From Octopus sinensis (Eukaryota), in the NCBI RefSeq assembly GCF_006345805.1, contig NC_043011.1:39940464-40004463 (forward strand): DNA of 64,000 bases, written 5' to 3'. A program made the translations under genes and the position numbers. Each line of letters starts with the position of its first letter. Within the stretch, counting starts at the first letter, position 1. This document shows positions 24,734 to 37,269 of the stretch, piece after piece. Below the pieces are notes generated by a model, which had not been told where the DNA came from, did no database searches, and saw only the letters and a program-made list of their open reading frames with translations.

Positions 24734-24794
24734 CCAGCTGACCCGTGCCATCAAAAATGACGGCTGATTGTAGCGTTTTATATATAAAGATAGA
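24734..24794 (-). mobile_element. 61-bp minimal Helitron-like element
   Basis: Minus strand reads A|TCtatctttatatataaaa...gccgtc-attttt-gatggc hairpin...CTGG|T, i.e. 5' TC, 3' hairpin plus CTRR, AT target. Confidence 0.6.
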
Positions 24795-25336
24795 TGGGAA
24801 ATATAATTAAGACACTTGTCAATGTTCACATACATACATTCACATACTTCCCTTGTACACACATACATATACTCACACAGAGTTGAAACACTCTTTGATT
24901 TTTTTTTTCAGCGTTGAATGTTCACCATCCACCATGTTGCCATCCTCATTTATCTATCACCACTTCCTTTCTCATTCATATATTGTGATGGAAAAAATAC
25001 AAGAGTATTATTATAGTAGATAAGCCTGCTGGCTATTTGCAACAGTGTCTGAAAAGATGCTAATATTCTATACATCATAGCAGTAGAATTTAACTGGAAT
25101 GTGGTGGTTGGGTTCCTCCTATTGATGATTTCCAATAGAATAAAATAATGTGATATGGGAATTCTGGCACCCATGACAGATCATTCTCATCTTCTATGAT
25201 CTACCTTATAATGCATACTTTGGTGTTCTAACATGACATCCATGTTAAGTTGGATGTATATAGAATGTATATACACGAATATATACACGTGTTACAATGC
25301 CCCACTTTCACATATGTCCATAGGCCCTAATATAAC

Positions 25337-26495
25337 ACATGGTCTGATCAACAAGTATCAGGACTGTTGCCATAGTAACAAAGCTAAAGCACACAGGGTG
25401 AAGCCACTTGGCACAGATTGACCATGAACTCTGTTGTGCATGCGCACCAAGTTTTAACACTCTAGCTCACTTCTGGTGTTTACAGCAGTGTTTGGAAGGA
25501 ACGTGTGGAGTGTGTGATCATCGCATTGACCATGACAGAGAAAGTTGAGCAAAGAATCTGCATCAAATTTTGTTAAAAGCTTGGTGATGCCTGCTCAGAG
25601 GCCTACACAAAGTTGCAGAAAGTGTATGGAGATGGGTGTATGAGCCACACACAAGTCTATGAGTGATTCAGGAGTTTCCAAGATGGTTGAAAAAATGTCA
25701 ATAGTGACGATCGTTCTGGGAGACCTGCAACCAGAAGAACTGAGAAAAACATTGCAGATGTAAGCGCAGTTGTGAGGGAAATCATCGAATCACCATCCAT
25801 GAATTATCAGGGGATGTGCAGATTAGTTACAGTTCAGTCCATTATCACTGAAGATTTGGGTATGAGACATGTGTCTGCTTTTAGCTGACCAAAGAGATAC
25901 TCGGGGTTTCAGTTGCACAAGATCTCCTTGATTGTGTCAAGAACAATGAAAACTTTTTGAAAATGGTCATAATGGGTGATGAATCATGGGTCTATGGTTA
26001 TGACCCCGAAACAAAGGTTATGAGGGGATTGTTCATCATGAGTATGCTCCAGCTGGCCAGACAGTAAACTAGGAGTACTACAGTGACATTTTGCAGCGTT
26101 TGTGGGATGCTATTCATTGGAAAAGGCCACAATTGCATGCATCTGGTGAGTGCCAATTGCACCATGACAACACACCTGTCCATTCAGTGCAGCTTGTGCA
26201 GCAGTTTTTGGCTAAGCACAGCATTTCCCAGATCTTGGCCCTTGCAACTTTTTCCTATTTCCAAAAATCAAAATCCACTTGAAAGAAGATTTCAAGACGT
26301 TGAGGAAATCAAAGTAAATTTGATGGGACAGCTGCTGATTATCCCTGAAAACAAGTTCCAAGAATGCTTCCATCAATGGAAACAGCACTGGATTAAGTAT
26401 GTGGCTTCTGAAGGGGAGATTATATGCCAAATTGGTACATGTTGTAGCTTTGTTTTTATAGCACCAGTCCAGATACCTATTGATCAGACTTCGTA
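25337..26495 (+). mobile_element. Decayed mariner (DD34D-type) transposon with TIRs
   Basis: Transposase from 25532: MTEKVEQRICIKFC..DDRSGRP..MGDESWVYGYDPETK..LHHDNTPVH..RRFQDVEEIK, with stops and deletions. TIRs ggtctgatcaacaagtatcaggactg (25341-25366) and cagtccagatacctattgatcagac (26465-26489). Confidence 0.9.
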
Positions 26496-27484
26496 TATTA
26501 TAAAATACCTACTTTTGAAACAGAACTGAGGAAATATTTATGAACACATAGTCCACAAACTTGGCCTCCATAAAACACAAAAGTTTAAATTTCTACATAT
26601 TTATTAAATTGCTTTTAGAACAATGGTTCTGTAGAGAGAAATATGCTGACCAACAACCTTAACACCAACCTACATCTTTTTGTGAATATCAAAAGTACAA
26701 GATAAACACATTTCTATGCTAACAGCACAATGATGCACTCCACTAATAACCTTCACCTTTCAAATACAAATATTTCACCCTAAATAACATTATTAACAAG
26801 TAAAGGAACTTACTGTTCAGCTAAAACATACCAGCTACTTACATTTTTTGGTGAACCCTTAAAAATTCCATAACAAAAAACTTACACACCCAATTACTTA
26901 CAAATTTTTAAATGCTGGACCATACTTTGAACTTTTGACCTTTATTTTGTCAAAAGATTAAATCTAATAAAACCAAAAATGAATACAACTTGTGACACAT
27001 CCGTTGAACAAAAACAATCCCTTTATTTCATTATTTTTTGTGAATCACCAAAAAACAATCCCATGACCTGAAACTGTCACACCTAAATATACACAACTGT
27101 TTACAAAATTCTACATGCATGAATAAATTCTGAACGATAACATGACTTCTAATTTAATAAATAAAAATTTTTCCACAGCCCCTCTCTATCATAACCTTAC
27201 AACCTAAATACCATTCAACTGAAACCCTGCATATGCAATAAAAGTTTTATCCCAGCATAGATTATATAAAGACAAGATTAACTGAAAGGCATCACAGTCT
27301 GATGATTGGGTAAGCTGGTCAAAACTTTGAAGACCTCATCAGTTTTATTCTTGTTAAAAAAATAATAAATTTGTGCTTTACAAAAGTATGAATTAACCCT
27401 TCAGATTAATGTGAAATTGTTTTTATTGTAACTGAAAATAAAAACAAATATTACAGTTCTATATTTAAGAGATGAAGAATTCTG

Positions 27485-27683
27485 TACATTATTTACATTT
27501 GACAGATATTTGTCCTCATCTTCTTTGTTGTTAATACATTTCGGCTGATATACCTTAGGAATGAGAAGCCAGGTTCGAAATTTCCCCAAGGCACCTGATG
27601 AAGGCTGGAGGGTATATCAGCCAAAATGTTGTGTTAACAACAAACAAGATGGGGACAAATATCAATCAAATGTAAATAATGTA
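27485..27683. mobile_element. Penelope-type terminal repeat with an inverted partial duplication and a degenerate hammerhead motif
   Basis: ~70-bp inverted arms (27485-27554 / 27611-27683); CTGATGA-A-GGCTG..CAGCC-aAAAt-GTT at 27595-27630. Confidence 0.7.
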
Positions 27684-28290
27684 AATAAAAACATATATAT
27701 ATATAAATTTAAAGAAGACAGAAAATGGAGAAATATTTGTCTTCTTTAAATTTTGATTCTTCCTAAACTCATGTTTATCTTTGTCTTTACCTATAATTTA
27801 TGAGCATAATATGCTTGCATATGTATGCCCATGGTTAAACATATGTAATATACCGGTAGTGTAACGGATACTTCTATCCCTTAGACAGTTATTTTAACCT
27901 CTAATTCAGCAAAACTTAAATACACACACACACTCACACACACACACATATATATATATAAAGGCGGCGAGCTGGCAGAAACGTTAGCACGCCGGGCGAG
28001 ATGCATAGCCGTATTCCGTCTGCCGTTACGTTCTGAGTTCAAATTCCGCCGAGGTCGACTTTGCCTTTCATCCTTTTGGGGTCGATAAATTAAGTACCAG
28101 TTACGCACTGGGGTCGATGTAATCGACTTAATTCGTTTGTCTGTCCTTGCTTGTCCCCTCTATGTTTAGCCCCTTGTAATAAAGAAACATATATATATAT
28201 GTGTACATACTATTTAACTTTCTGAAAATTGAAAATGCTGATGTTTCAATTTATTAAAGCTGAAATGCAATAATATATGCAAAAAATAAC

Positions 28291-28342
<52 letters not shown>

Positions 28343-28345
28343 GCA

Positions 28346-28384
<39 letters not shown>

Positions 28385-28387
28385 GTG

Positions 28388-28436
<49 letters not shown>

Positions 28437-29390
28437 TTGTGTCTGTGTTTGTTCTTCATGACTCCTTGATAACCGGTGTTGGTGAGTTTACATTCCTGTA
28501 ACCTTTGGCAAAAGAGCCCGATAGAATAATTAGCAGGTTAAAGAAAAAAAAAGTACCGGAGTCGATTTGTTCGACTAAAAAATATAAATTCTTCAAGGCA
28601 GTGTTCCAGCATGGCCACAACCTAATGAGAGAAGCAAGTAAAAGATAATAAATAAAAGAAATTTATATGTTTAGAATAGAAACAAATTATATTTATTTAG
28701 AAAAGCAAAAAAAAAAAGTATTTTTCATATTCGTAAACGCACACATATTAAAAAGAAAAATAATAACAAAATGCAGATTAACTCTAATCCCTTAACCATA
28801 AATCAATTTCAGATTTAAAAAGAAATTTTCTTTATGCTTTTTGTTGTTTGTTTTTTGTTGAGATTCTGATTTTCTGATGCTTAAAAGAAAAATCTCAAAA
28901 CTGTTTGAAAAATATGGATATAATATTAAAGTTATAGAGGGTGTGGTTGTAAACCCATGCTTAATATAATAAGTATTGGAAATACACTTTTGCTCTTTAT
29001 ACACTCATAAAGTATGTATATATCTACATTTTTATGTTGCAATAGTAGAAATAGTAGAAGCAGTGGCAGCAGCAACAGCAGCAGTAGCAGTAGCAGCAAC
29101 GTTGAAATGTTAACAATTGCAAAGATCTAAGGAAAATATCACAAAAGCAACATAAACATAATAGTAAAAACTAGTCGGACCCATGAAAACTTCATGGAAA
29201 TATTAAAAAATCTAAGTATCTGTAAACTGCTGCCATCAGAAATGTTTGTATATTATGACCATCTGTCTGTACGTTCTGAGATCAAGTTCTGCTCAGGTCA
29301 ACTTTGTCTTTCATATCTTCGGGGTCGACAAATAAATATCAATTATGTACTGGAGTCGATCTAAATAACTGGCCCTCCTCCCCTTCATCT

Positions 29391-29731
29391 CCCCCTCCTC
29401 GGAACTTTCCAGGAAATCCCTCACATCTCCTTCCTACCCTTCACTTCCCCTCCTCGGACCTTTCCAAGAATTCCCTCTCTTCTTACTCTCCTTCACCTCC
29501 CCTCTTCAGAAATTTCTCGGTAGTCCCCTCCTACACTTTACCTCCACCTCGCTGGAATTTTCCAGGAAGTCCTCTTCTTCACCTTCACCTCCCCTCCTCG
29601 GAACTTTCCAGAAAGTACCCTTCGCCTCAACTCCTTGGAAGTTTCCAGGAAGTCCCCCTCATCAGAACTTTCCAGGAAGACCCCCTCCAACCAGTCACAT
29701 CACCCTCTTCAGAACTTTCCAGGAAGCTCCC
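29391..29731. repeat. Minisatellite array with core cctcggaactttccaggaa (~7-8 units)
   Basis: Direct inspection; oriented opposite to the array at 30223-30579. Confidence 0.85.
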
Positions 29732-30222
29732 TCTCTGTGAGTTTATTTTTTTCAACAGCAAAGGGAGCTATTTTTTCGGAGAGAAAAGGTAACAAAAGCC
29801 CCTTCAATCTATCTTCCCACATAGTGTGCACATAAACTAACAATGAATGCTGCATAAAGTTAAATTGGTATGGAGCTTTCTGAAAGATATGTATAGCTTT
29901 CGCTAGTGGAAGCAAAACTCTTATTTAAAGGTTGATTCTTTGGCTCTAAACATATGTGAGTGTTTAAAAAATGCTAGAATGAGAATGCTAAAACCTATTT
30001 GAAACAATGGACAGCAGTCGAAATATCATAATGGATGGGTAAAGAAGCATCCTTAAAGTGAAACAACAGTATCAAAGGTATAAAAAAAGGTATCAACAAA
30101 CAGAAGAGAGGGAAGGGGACATCACCTTTCAAGAAACTCAGAATAGGTAAAGGTAAGCTTGCCAAAGTTTAATGCAGTTTCAATTGAGATACTTTGGTAT
30201 TGGATATTCATCACGTATACGT

Positions 30223-30579
30223 AGTTCCGAGGATATCCTGGAAAGTTCCAACGATGAGGACTTAATGGAAAGTTCCGAGGACATGGAATTCCTGGAAAGT
30301 TCCGAGGATCGAGATTTCCTGGAAAGTTCTGATGACTTCAGGGAGAGTTCCGGGGATGGGAACTTCCTGGAAAGTTCGGAGGATGGACTTTCTTGGAAAG
30401 TTCCGAAGACTTCCTGGAAATTTCCGAGGATAGGATTCCCTGGAAATTTTCGAGTATGGAGACTTTCTGGAAAGTTCCAAGGATAGGGACATCGTGGAAA
30501 GTTCCGCGTGTGGAGAAAGTTCCGAGTGTGTGGATTTCCTGGAAATTTCGAAGGATGGAGACTTCCTGGAAATTTCCGA
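30223..30579. repeat. Minisatellite array with core ttcctggaaagttccgagg (~12-13 units)
   Basis: Its core is the reverse complement of the 29391-29731 core. Confidence 0.9.
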
Positions 30580-31265
30580 TCGAACATTTTACCACCGATT
30601 CGATACCGTTAAAGAAAAAAGAAAAAGAAAAAAATATATATAACTATTTCTGCTAGATTAGAAAGCAGATAATCACGTGTGTGGGCAGAATAATCTCATG
30701 GTTTCTGCTGCAGGGTTGCCACCCTTGCGCTGTCAATCCATTAGTGCAAGGGAGATTACTTCTAATTTTTTCATTGCCAAAAGATCCTTTTTTTTCAAGA
30801 AGAGATGTTACACGTTCATATCTATGTGTATACGTAGGTATACGTATATATGAATACATCCCCACTATTAGTACCATTTTGTTAAGCGCATCTAGCAAAC
30901 AGTATGAACTGTGTCTAAGGCGAATACGCACTGTGTGTATCACTCCACTATACAAATACAGTTTGTAAACATGCCAAATAAATAAACAGGTAGAATCATA
31001 ACAATGCCTTCAGCGAGTTGTTTATTATCCCAACACGAACCAAAAGAATACATAACAGGAATAATTAAAATGGATTGTAGAAGAAAGATGATTATAAAAT
31101 AAACAAGTTATAAGCAAACATAATTTCTCCAGCTAAATTTCCCCTTCAGTATATTTTTTTCTTTTCATAAGATACAATGACATGCTTAGCATGCGTTTAA
31201 CGGTAAAAGAAAACGAAATTGAAAATTGTGTTCCTTTTCCTACAGATAAACCAGCGGTGGTAACC

Positions 31266-31270
31266 ATGAG
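31266..31270 (+). CDS. Candidate start-codon exon (exon 31246-31270) of an unknown + strand gene
   Basis: Acceptor ttccttttcctacag|, Kozak-like aaccATG, donor GAG|gtacga; ends in phase 2, matching the exon at 41961. Confidence 0.35.
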
Positions 31271-32082
31271 GTACGAACATATTGCCTTTCGGTAGCGGTT
31301 CTTAAAGCTGTACAAGCACGAATCCTATCATACTATTTTCCGAATATAACAGCATCCATGCCTATAGTTTAGATACGACGCCTTCCACCTTAATTTTTGT
31401 AAAATATTAAATGAAATCAAGAATTATTACAGCAAGAAAAAAAAATTAAACATATAACAACATATATATAACGGATCTTGTTAAATTTCACCCGACCAGT
31501 TGAAGTTTTCAACTTCTCACTCATTTATTTCCCAAAAATGTAGTTCTGTGGTAGTTTTGTATGCTGATGGCGAAAAACGCATTCAATTATTCTAGAAATT
31601 AACAATAAAGACTTTATAAGCAACTTAAAGTTAAGTAATTTGATCCTAATTACTATTTTTAAAATAATATTTGTGCCATAAAAAGATATTTATTAAATTC
31701 TCTTGAAAGTCACATTATCGAATCCGAAATACAAAAATTTTTCTTCGCGGAATATAAGAATTCTTTGGAACCTGTTTCAAGAAAAATTGCTTGCTCCTCC
31801 GAAAATCGCGATATAAATTTTATAACAAAGGGAGGTAACAAAAGTAATTTATGGAAAGACAACTAAGAAATAAGAGTGACCTCCCCTAGAAGCAAGGCTG
31901 AAAATTATTTGGGAATCAATTAACCTGCAAGAGTAATGTTTGGCCATTTTGCAGAATTATGGGGTTTGATGTTTTCTCTTATAATTAGGGTTTAATTCGC
32001 CTAAGATGCATCATTTCTCAGTTTCAAAGGTAATTTAATTTTCAGAGGAACATATCAATACTTTTTCATTCTTTTACCAACA

Positions 32083-32179
32083 GAGGTGTGCCAGTGACTT
32101 CCAAGTTTCGGCTTGCTAGTCTGTGTCAGACTGCTCGATGTAGGCTAGCAGACCGAAACTTCGAAGCCACTGTCACCTC
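32083..32179. repeat. Imperfect ~97-bp inverted repeat
   Basis: aagtttcggcttgctagtct pairs with aggctagcagaccgaaactt; the outer gaggtg..gtgacttc pairs with gaagccactgtcacctc. Confidence 0.75.
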
Positions 32180-32464
32180 CCTTATAATATGTTCTCGACA
32201 AAATGTAATGAGTAGTTCTTCAGCTTAATATTAAATTGTTTTTACCTTAATTGGACATAAAAAGTAATATATGTATATAATGATGAACATTTAATTATGT
32301 ATATTTAACCATTCTGTATATTTTTAACATTTGAAATTTGTAAATTCCATACAAGAAAATTCTATGTAAAGGTTTTATTACTTAAAACTATAAAGAAATT
32401 ATTAAAACTTTAATTAAATGGAGTAAATATAATTTGACTTTTTTCCTTTGTGATTTAGGAAAAT

Positions 32465-32609
32465 ATAGTTATGGCCGGTCTATGAGGTTACACTCAGTTT
32501 CGCGCCCATAAAGCGCTTAGCTTTACGAGGTCTCTTCAGACCCTGCCGTAAAGTTAAGCACTTTGTGGACATGAGACCCAGGGTAGTCCCATAGACCGGC
32601 CATAACTAT
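32465..32609. mobile_element. 145-bp palindromic MITE-like element
   Basis: Perfect 20-bp terminal arms atagttatggccggtctatg / catagaccggccataactat plus 22-bp inner arms differing only by transitions. Confidence 0.75.
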
Positions 32610-33278
32610 CTTTATCTAATTACTCTACTGCTTTATAACTTAGAGTGTGCTTCCCTTTCGGATTTATGATTTACTGACGATATATGTGTTTGTGGGTAAT
32701 ATATGTGCTTCTATGTGTGTTATATGTATGTATGAGTGTATTTCTCTTTGTAGGTATTTATGTGTACATCTGTAAATGTGTGTGTATGTGTACACATACG
32801 ATATATGTTCGCATACTTACATATATATATATGTGCGTGCGTGTGTGTTTATACATATGTATATATAATATATGCATCTGTATATTCATCATCCTCATCA
32901 TTTCTATGTCTTCTTTCTATGCTGGTGTGGGCTGGATCTTGTCAGTGGATGTCATACGTTGGAGAGCTACATCTTGTTCCAGAGTCTCAATTTCGTCATG
33001 ATTTTTAAAGCTGGATGTCCTTTCTATTGCCAACCACTTTACTCTATATATTGGGATGTTTTTTTCTTGTTGAACCAGTAGAAGTGAGGTTTCCTTATAT
33101 TACTAAACAGCTGCCCCTCCTGAGAGGAGGAATAGGAGATGGAGTGGTCGCTTTATACAAGGTGTTGAGAAATTAAAGCATGATGGCAGAAGTAAAAAAA
33201 AAGGTTTGTTTTAAGAGGGGATCAGGACAACCTCACATTTTATATTGCTGAGTGGGAGTGGTTGGAGGGGTATAAGAC

Positions 33279-33279
<1 letters not shown>

Positions 33280-33326
<47 letters not shown>

Positions 33327-33520
33327 GTAGGTAGGTAAGTAGGTAGGTAGGTAGGTAGGTAGGTAGGTAGGTAGATATATAGATAGATATATAGGTAGAT
33401 AGATAGATATATAGGTAGATAGATAGATATATAGGTAGATAGATAGATATATAGGTAGATAGGTAGATATATAGGTAGATAGATAGATATATAGGTAGAT
33501 AGATAGATAGATAGATAGAT
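33280..33520. repeat. (GATA)n/(GGTA)n compound microsatellite
   Basis: Direct inspection. Confidence 0.9.
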
Positions 33521-34481
33521 ATGGTGGTGATGCAGTGCCAGAACATATCCTCAAGGTAACATGTCCTTGAAGGTGAATAGATGAGAGCATGGTAGCAGGT
33601 GGGTGGGTAATTTCACAAAAACGTGGAGGATGAGTGAGAGATGGACCTAAACAAAGGGTGGTGGTGGTCACAGGTAAATGGGTGTGGGAGGAGAAGATGA
33701 TAGGAATGATAGACAGATGTCAGTTAGGAGTTGCTCAGAGGAGAGAAGTGAAGTTTAGCAGTACAGAAATTGGGATGTGGTATGGTTTGTAGTAACAGGT
33801 TCCCATTTAATTATTTACATCAGCAGAATAATAACAGTAGTGTGGAGAGTGAGGGAAGGATGGGTGATAGTGGGAGGTGGGATTAAAGGTTACTAGAGTG
33901 TGGGGAGTGAGCGAGATGGATAAAACAAGGGCAAGGGCAGACAATGGTAAAATGATTGTAAATATAAGGAGTGTTGGGGATGATGGTAAGAAAGCATGAT
34001 GAATGTCAATAGAAGGTGCTTGAAAGAGGGACATAGTTGTGTGGATGGGGAGGAAGTGAAAAGAAAAGATTAAATGGGAGTGAAGCAGCAGCTGTAGACT
34101 TGAAAGGGACACTGGATGAAGGCCCTTGTTATATGCAGACAGATATTTCCACTAACTCAGCTGTATGCATACATATTATACTTTCAAGACTTCAGACTTT
34201 TCTAGCACTGCATGTCACCAAACATCTGGGTTCTTCATTATTTCTGTGAGGCTCAACTTAAATCAGCCTTCACAACCTCATTCCATGTCTTCTTGCATCT
34301 CCTCCTTCTCCAGGCTCCATCTACTATATTAACATATGCACGTGTATACGTGTGTGTTAATATATGTATGTATATATATATATATATAGATATATATATA
34401 TATATGTTAAAGTATTTGTTGATGTAAATATATATATAATATATATATGTATAAGTATACGTTTTGTATACACACACACAT

Positions 34482-34548
<67 letters not shown>

Positions 34549-34550
<2 letters not shown>

Positions 34551-35195
34551 AGGTGAATATATTGTCGTCTAAATTAAGCAAGAATCAAAATAACACTGAC
34601 ATCTCATTTTAACAGATATATTAACCAAAATTATATAAAAATATCTTGAAATATTAAAGAGTAAATTTATTCAATAAAATTGCCATTGGCCTCAACCACA
34701 GCTTCCAGATGACTTCAGCATCTCCTGCAACTCTTCTGAATGGTGTCCTTGTTTAAGTCTGTGAACACTGCCATAATCCTTGCCTTCAGTTCATCTTTGG
34801 TGTTACGTGGAGTTTTTTTGGTCTCTTGCTCAACTGTGTCCCACACAACAATCAAGGTGGTTCCAGTCTGGGGAGTTACGTGGCCAGATATTAGGGGTGA
34901 TGTGGTCACAGAAATTGTCTGACAGCCATGACTGGGTTCTCCTGCTTGAGTGGCATGGTGCAGTCCTGTTACCAGACATAGGGTCTTCCAGCAGCCACAC
35001 TCTTGATCCAGGGCAATACCACCACTTCCAGGCACTTGATATAAGCCACTCTGTTGAGTATGAGGCCATGTGGGAAGATGAATGGAGGCATAACATCGCC
35101 ATCACTAGTGATTACTCTAAACACCTTGAGGTTGACTGGATGTTTGATTTTTACCATTCTCAGTAGATGTCCTCAGATTGACACTGAAACACTGA
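34549..35195 (-). mobile_element. maT/DD37D (Bmmar1-like) transposon, 3' half with TIR
   Basis: KHPVNLKVFRVITSDGDVMPPFIFPHGL..LPWIKSVAAGRPYVW*QD..NIWPRNSPD..NTKDELKARI..EAVVEANGNFIE*; terminus at TA|caaggtg. Confidence 0.85.
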
Positions 35196-35225
35196 AATGT
35201 TTGCATTGGAGCTTCTAACCGTATT

Positions 35226-35400
35226 GTGCTTGTTCATGAATGGCTGAATGTCCACTTCCTTGAGAGATGGATAAGTTGTCGTGGTCCACATGAGTGGCCA
35301 GCCAGGAGTCCCGACTTAACATCCTGTAACTTTTTTCTTTGGCATTGGTTAAAGGAACAAGTTTACTGTATAAAACTTAGGAAGAAGTTGAAGGGCAAAT
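35226..35400 (+). pseudogene. Tc1/mariner-family transposase fragment (WPARSPDL type)
   Basis: EWLNVHFLERWISCRGPHEWPARSPDLTSCNFFLWHWLKEQVY. Confidence 0.75.
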
Positions 35401-35659
35401 ACAAGAAATTGCCTTTCATCCCACAAGAGTTCACACACACACACACACACACACACATGCACACACACACACAAGATGCATTCAAAATGTATCTGACTTT
35501 ATTTTTCCTGCCGAAACTAAAGATGCATGGGCAAAATCTTTTGAGTGGGAGGTGATGTCAACCTTCCTGCATGTGAGAAAATATTTTTGCACCAGCAAGC
35601 TGCATCAGTTTGCGGCTGTTATGCCTAGAGGACAGACATGTAGTGCATGCTTGTTGGAT

Positions 35660-36332
35660 TTTCCTTTTCACCAAATGCATCAAATAGAGATAATGCATTG
35701 AGTTTTGCCAAAAGCATGGTGATAATCAAGCTCACACTATCCAGAAAATTCAGCAGGCCTTTGGAAACGATGCCAAGCGCAAAACTCAGATCAAGGAGTT
35801 GTACAGCTACTTCAAACATGGCATTCGTTTGTCACTGGTTAAATAGGTCAGGTAAACCAAATCCACCTGATGGTCCCCCTTCTTGATAGTAAGGGTTTCA
35901 TCTATATCCACTGGGTTCTTTCTAGCCAGTCAGTCAACAGAGGTTTTGAAGGTGTTTGGGAAGAAATTTCATTAAAAAAAGTCTAGAACACCTGCATCAG
36001 GACAATACACCAATCCAATCTGGGTAATGAACTGCTTGACAGTGATGGCCATCAAAATTGTTCTTCACTTTCCCTATAGTCCAGACCTTGCTCTCTCTGA
36101 CTTTTGGTTGTTCCCCAAATTGAAGGAAAAGAAGAAGGTGATTGTGTCAAGAGTCCTGGACACTTTACTTTGAAGGACTTCCATGGGGCCTTCACGGAGT
36201 GGCTGGACCACTGCAATATTTGCATAGATGTCAGAAGATCTTACATTCAAAGAGATTAGTTTAGTAGTTTTTGAAATTGATAAATGTCTCTCCTGGAAGT
36301 TTCTCAAGACTTCTGGAATACACTTTGTATAT
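35660..36332 (+). mobile_element. Internally deleted mariner relic
   Basis: CIEFCQKHGDNQAHTIQKIQQAFGNDA..IKELYSYFKHG; HQDNTP..HFPYSPDLALSDFWLFPKLKE; TIR-like end cttctggaatacactttgta. Confidence 0.75.
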
Positions 36333-37269
36333 GTATATTTATATAACTTAGATGTTATAAGAAAATATATTAACATATATATTATATATGTGTGTGTAAA
36401 TGATCTATTTAGATACAAGTATATATATTTTAAAATATGTGTGTGTACATAACTATAATTCTCTTTAGCACCAACCAATCGTGGCCGTTGCTAGCCTACC
36501 CTGGCACCTGTGCCGGTGGCACATAAAAAGCACCCACTACACTCACGGAGTGGTTGGCAATAGGAAAGGCATCCAGCTGTAGAAACACTGCCAGATCAGA
36601 CTGGAGCCTGGTGCAGCCTCCTGGCTTCCCAGACCCTGGTTGAACCGTCCAACCCATGCTAGCATGGAAAACAGAGGTTAAACGATAATGATGATATGTA
36701 TATCTGTGTATACACACACATATATGTATGTATGTATGTATGTTAGTTTGTATTTAAATTTTCTTAAAGTTTTGTCATGACTCTTAGACATGCAACAACA
36801 CGCATGTCTATTTTATGAAATATAAATAACAATATATTGGCTTCAAGGCACGAACTTTCTTTTGTTAATACATCAAATGGAATGTTGTCAAAGTCATGAT
36901 GGTGTTATAGATGGTGGTGGTAGTGGGCACCCGTTGTAATGGTAGTGGTGGGGGATGATATTCATAGTCTTGATAATGGTAAACGCAGTGATGATAGTGG
37001 TGATGATGATGACGACAATGATGATGATGATATGGTATTGTCAATGGTGGTGAGATCTTTGTGTTGGTGATGATGATGGTGATAGTGACGCTGTTTACAT
37101 TTGTGTTTGGTGAGTGCTGTTGTTTGTGGTGGTGATGATTGGTGGTGGTATTGACGTTGGTGATTGTGGTGAAGGTATTAAGGGTGGTGATGGTAGTGGT
37201 GGGAATATTGATGATGATGATGATGATAACAATGAAGTTGATTTGCACAAGAATCATAATCAGGAAAAG

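Noticed and set aside
27256-27309. 54-nt + strand exon candidate (cccag| IDYIKTRLTERHHSLMIG |gtaagc)
   Set aside because: Good splice signals, but the phase gives a stop when joined to the 31246 exon and no supported partner exon was found; left unannotated.
30653-30968. Overlapping 100-aa and 95-aa ORFs on opposite strands
   Set aside because: No recognisable motif and no convincing splice pair.
33530-34120. Purine-rich tract possibly encoding a LINE endonuclease on the minus strand
   Set aside because: Too decayed to recover any diagnostic motif.
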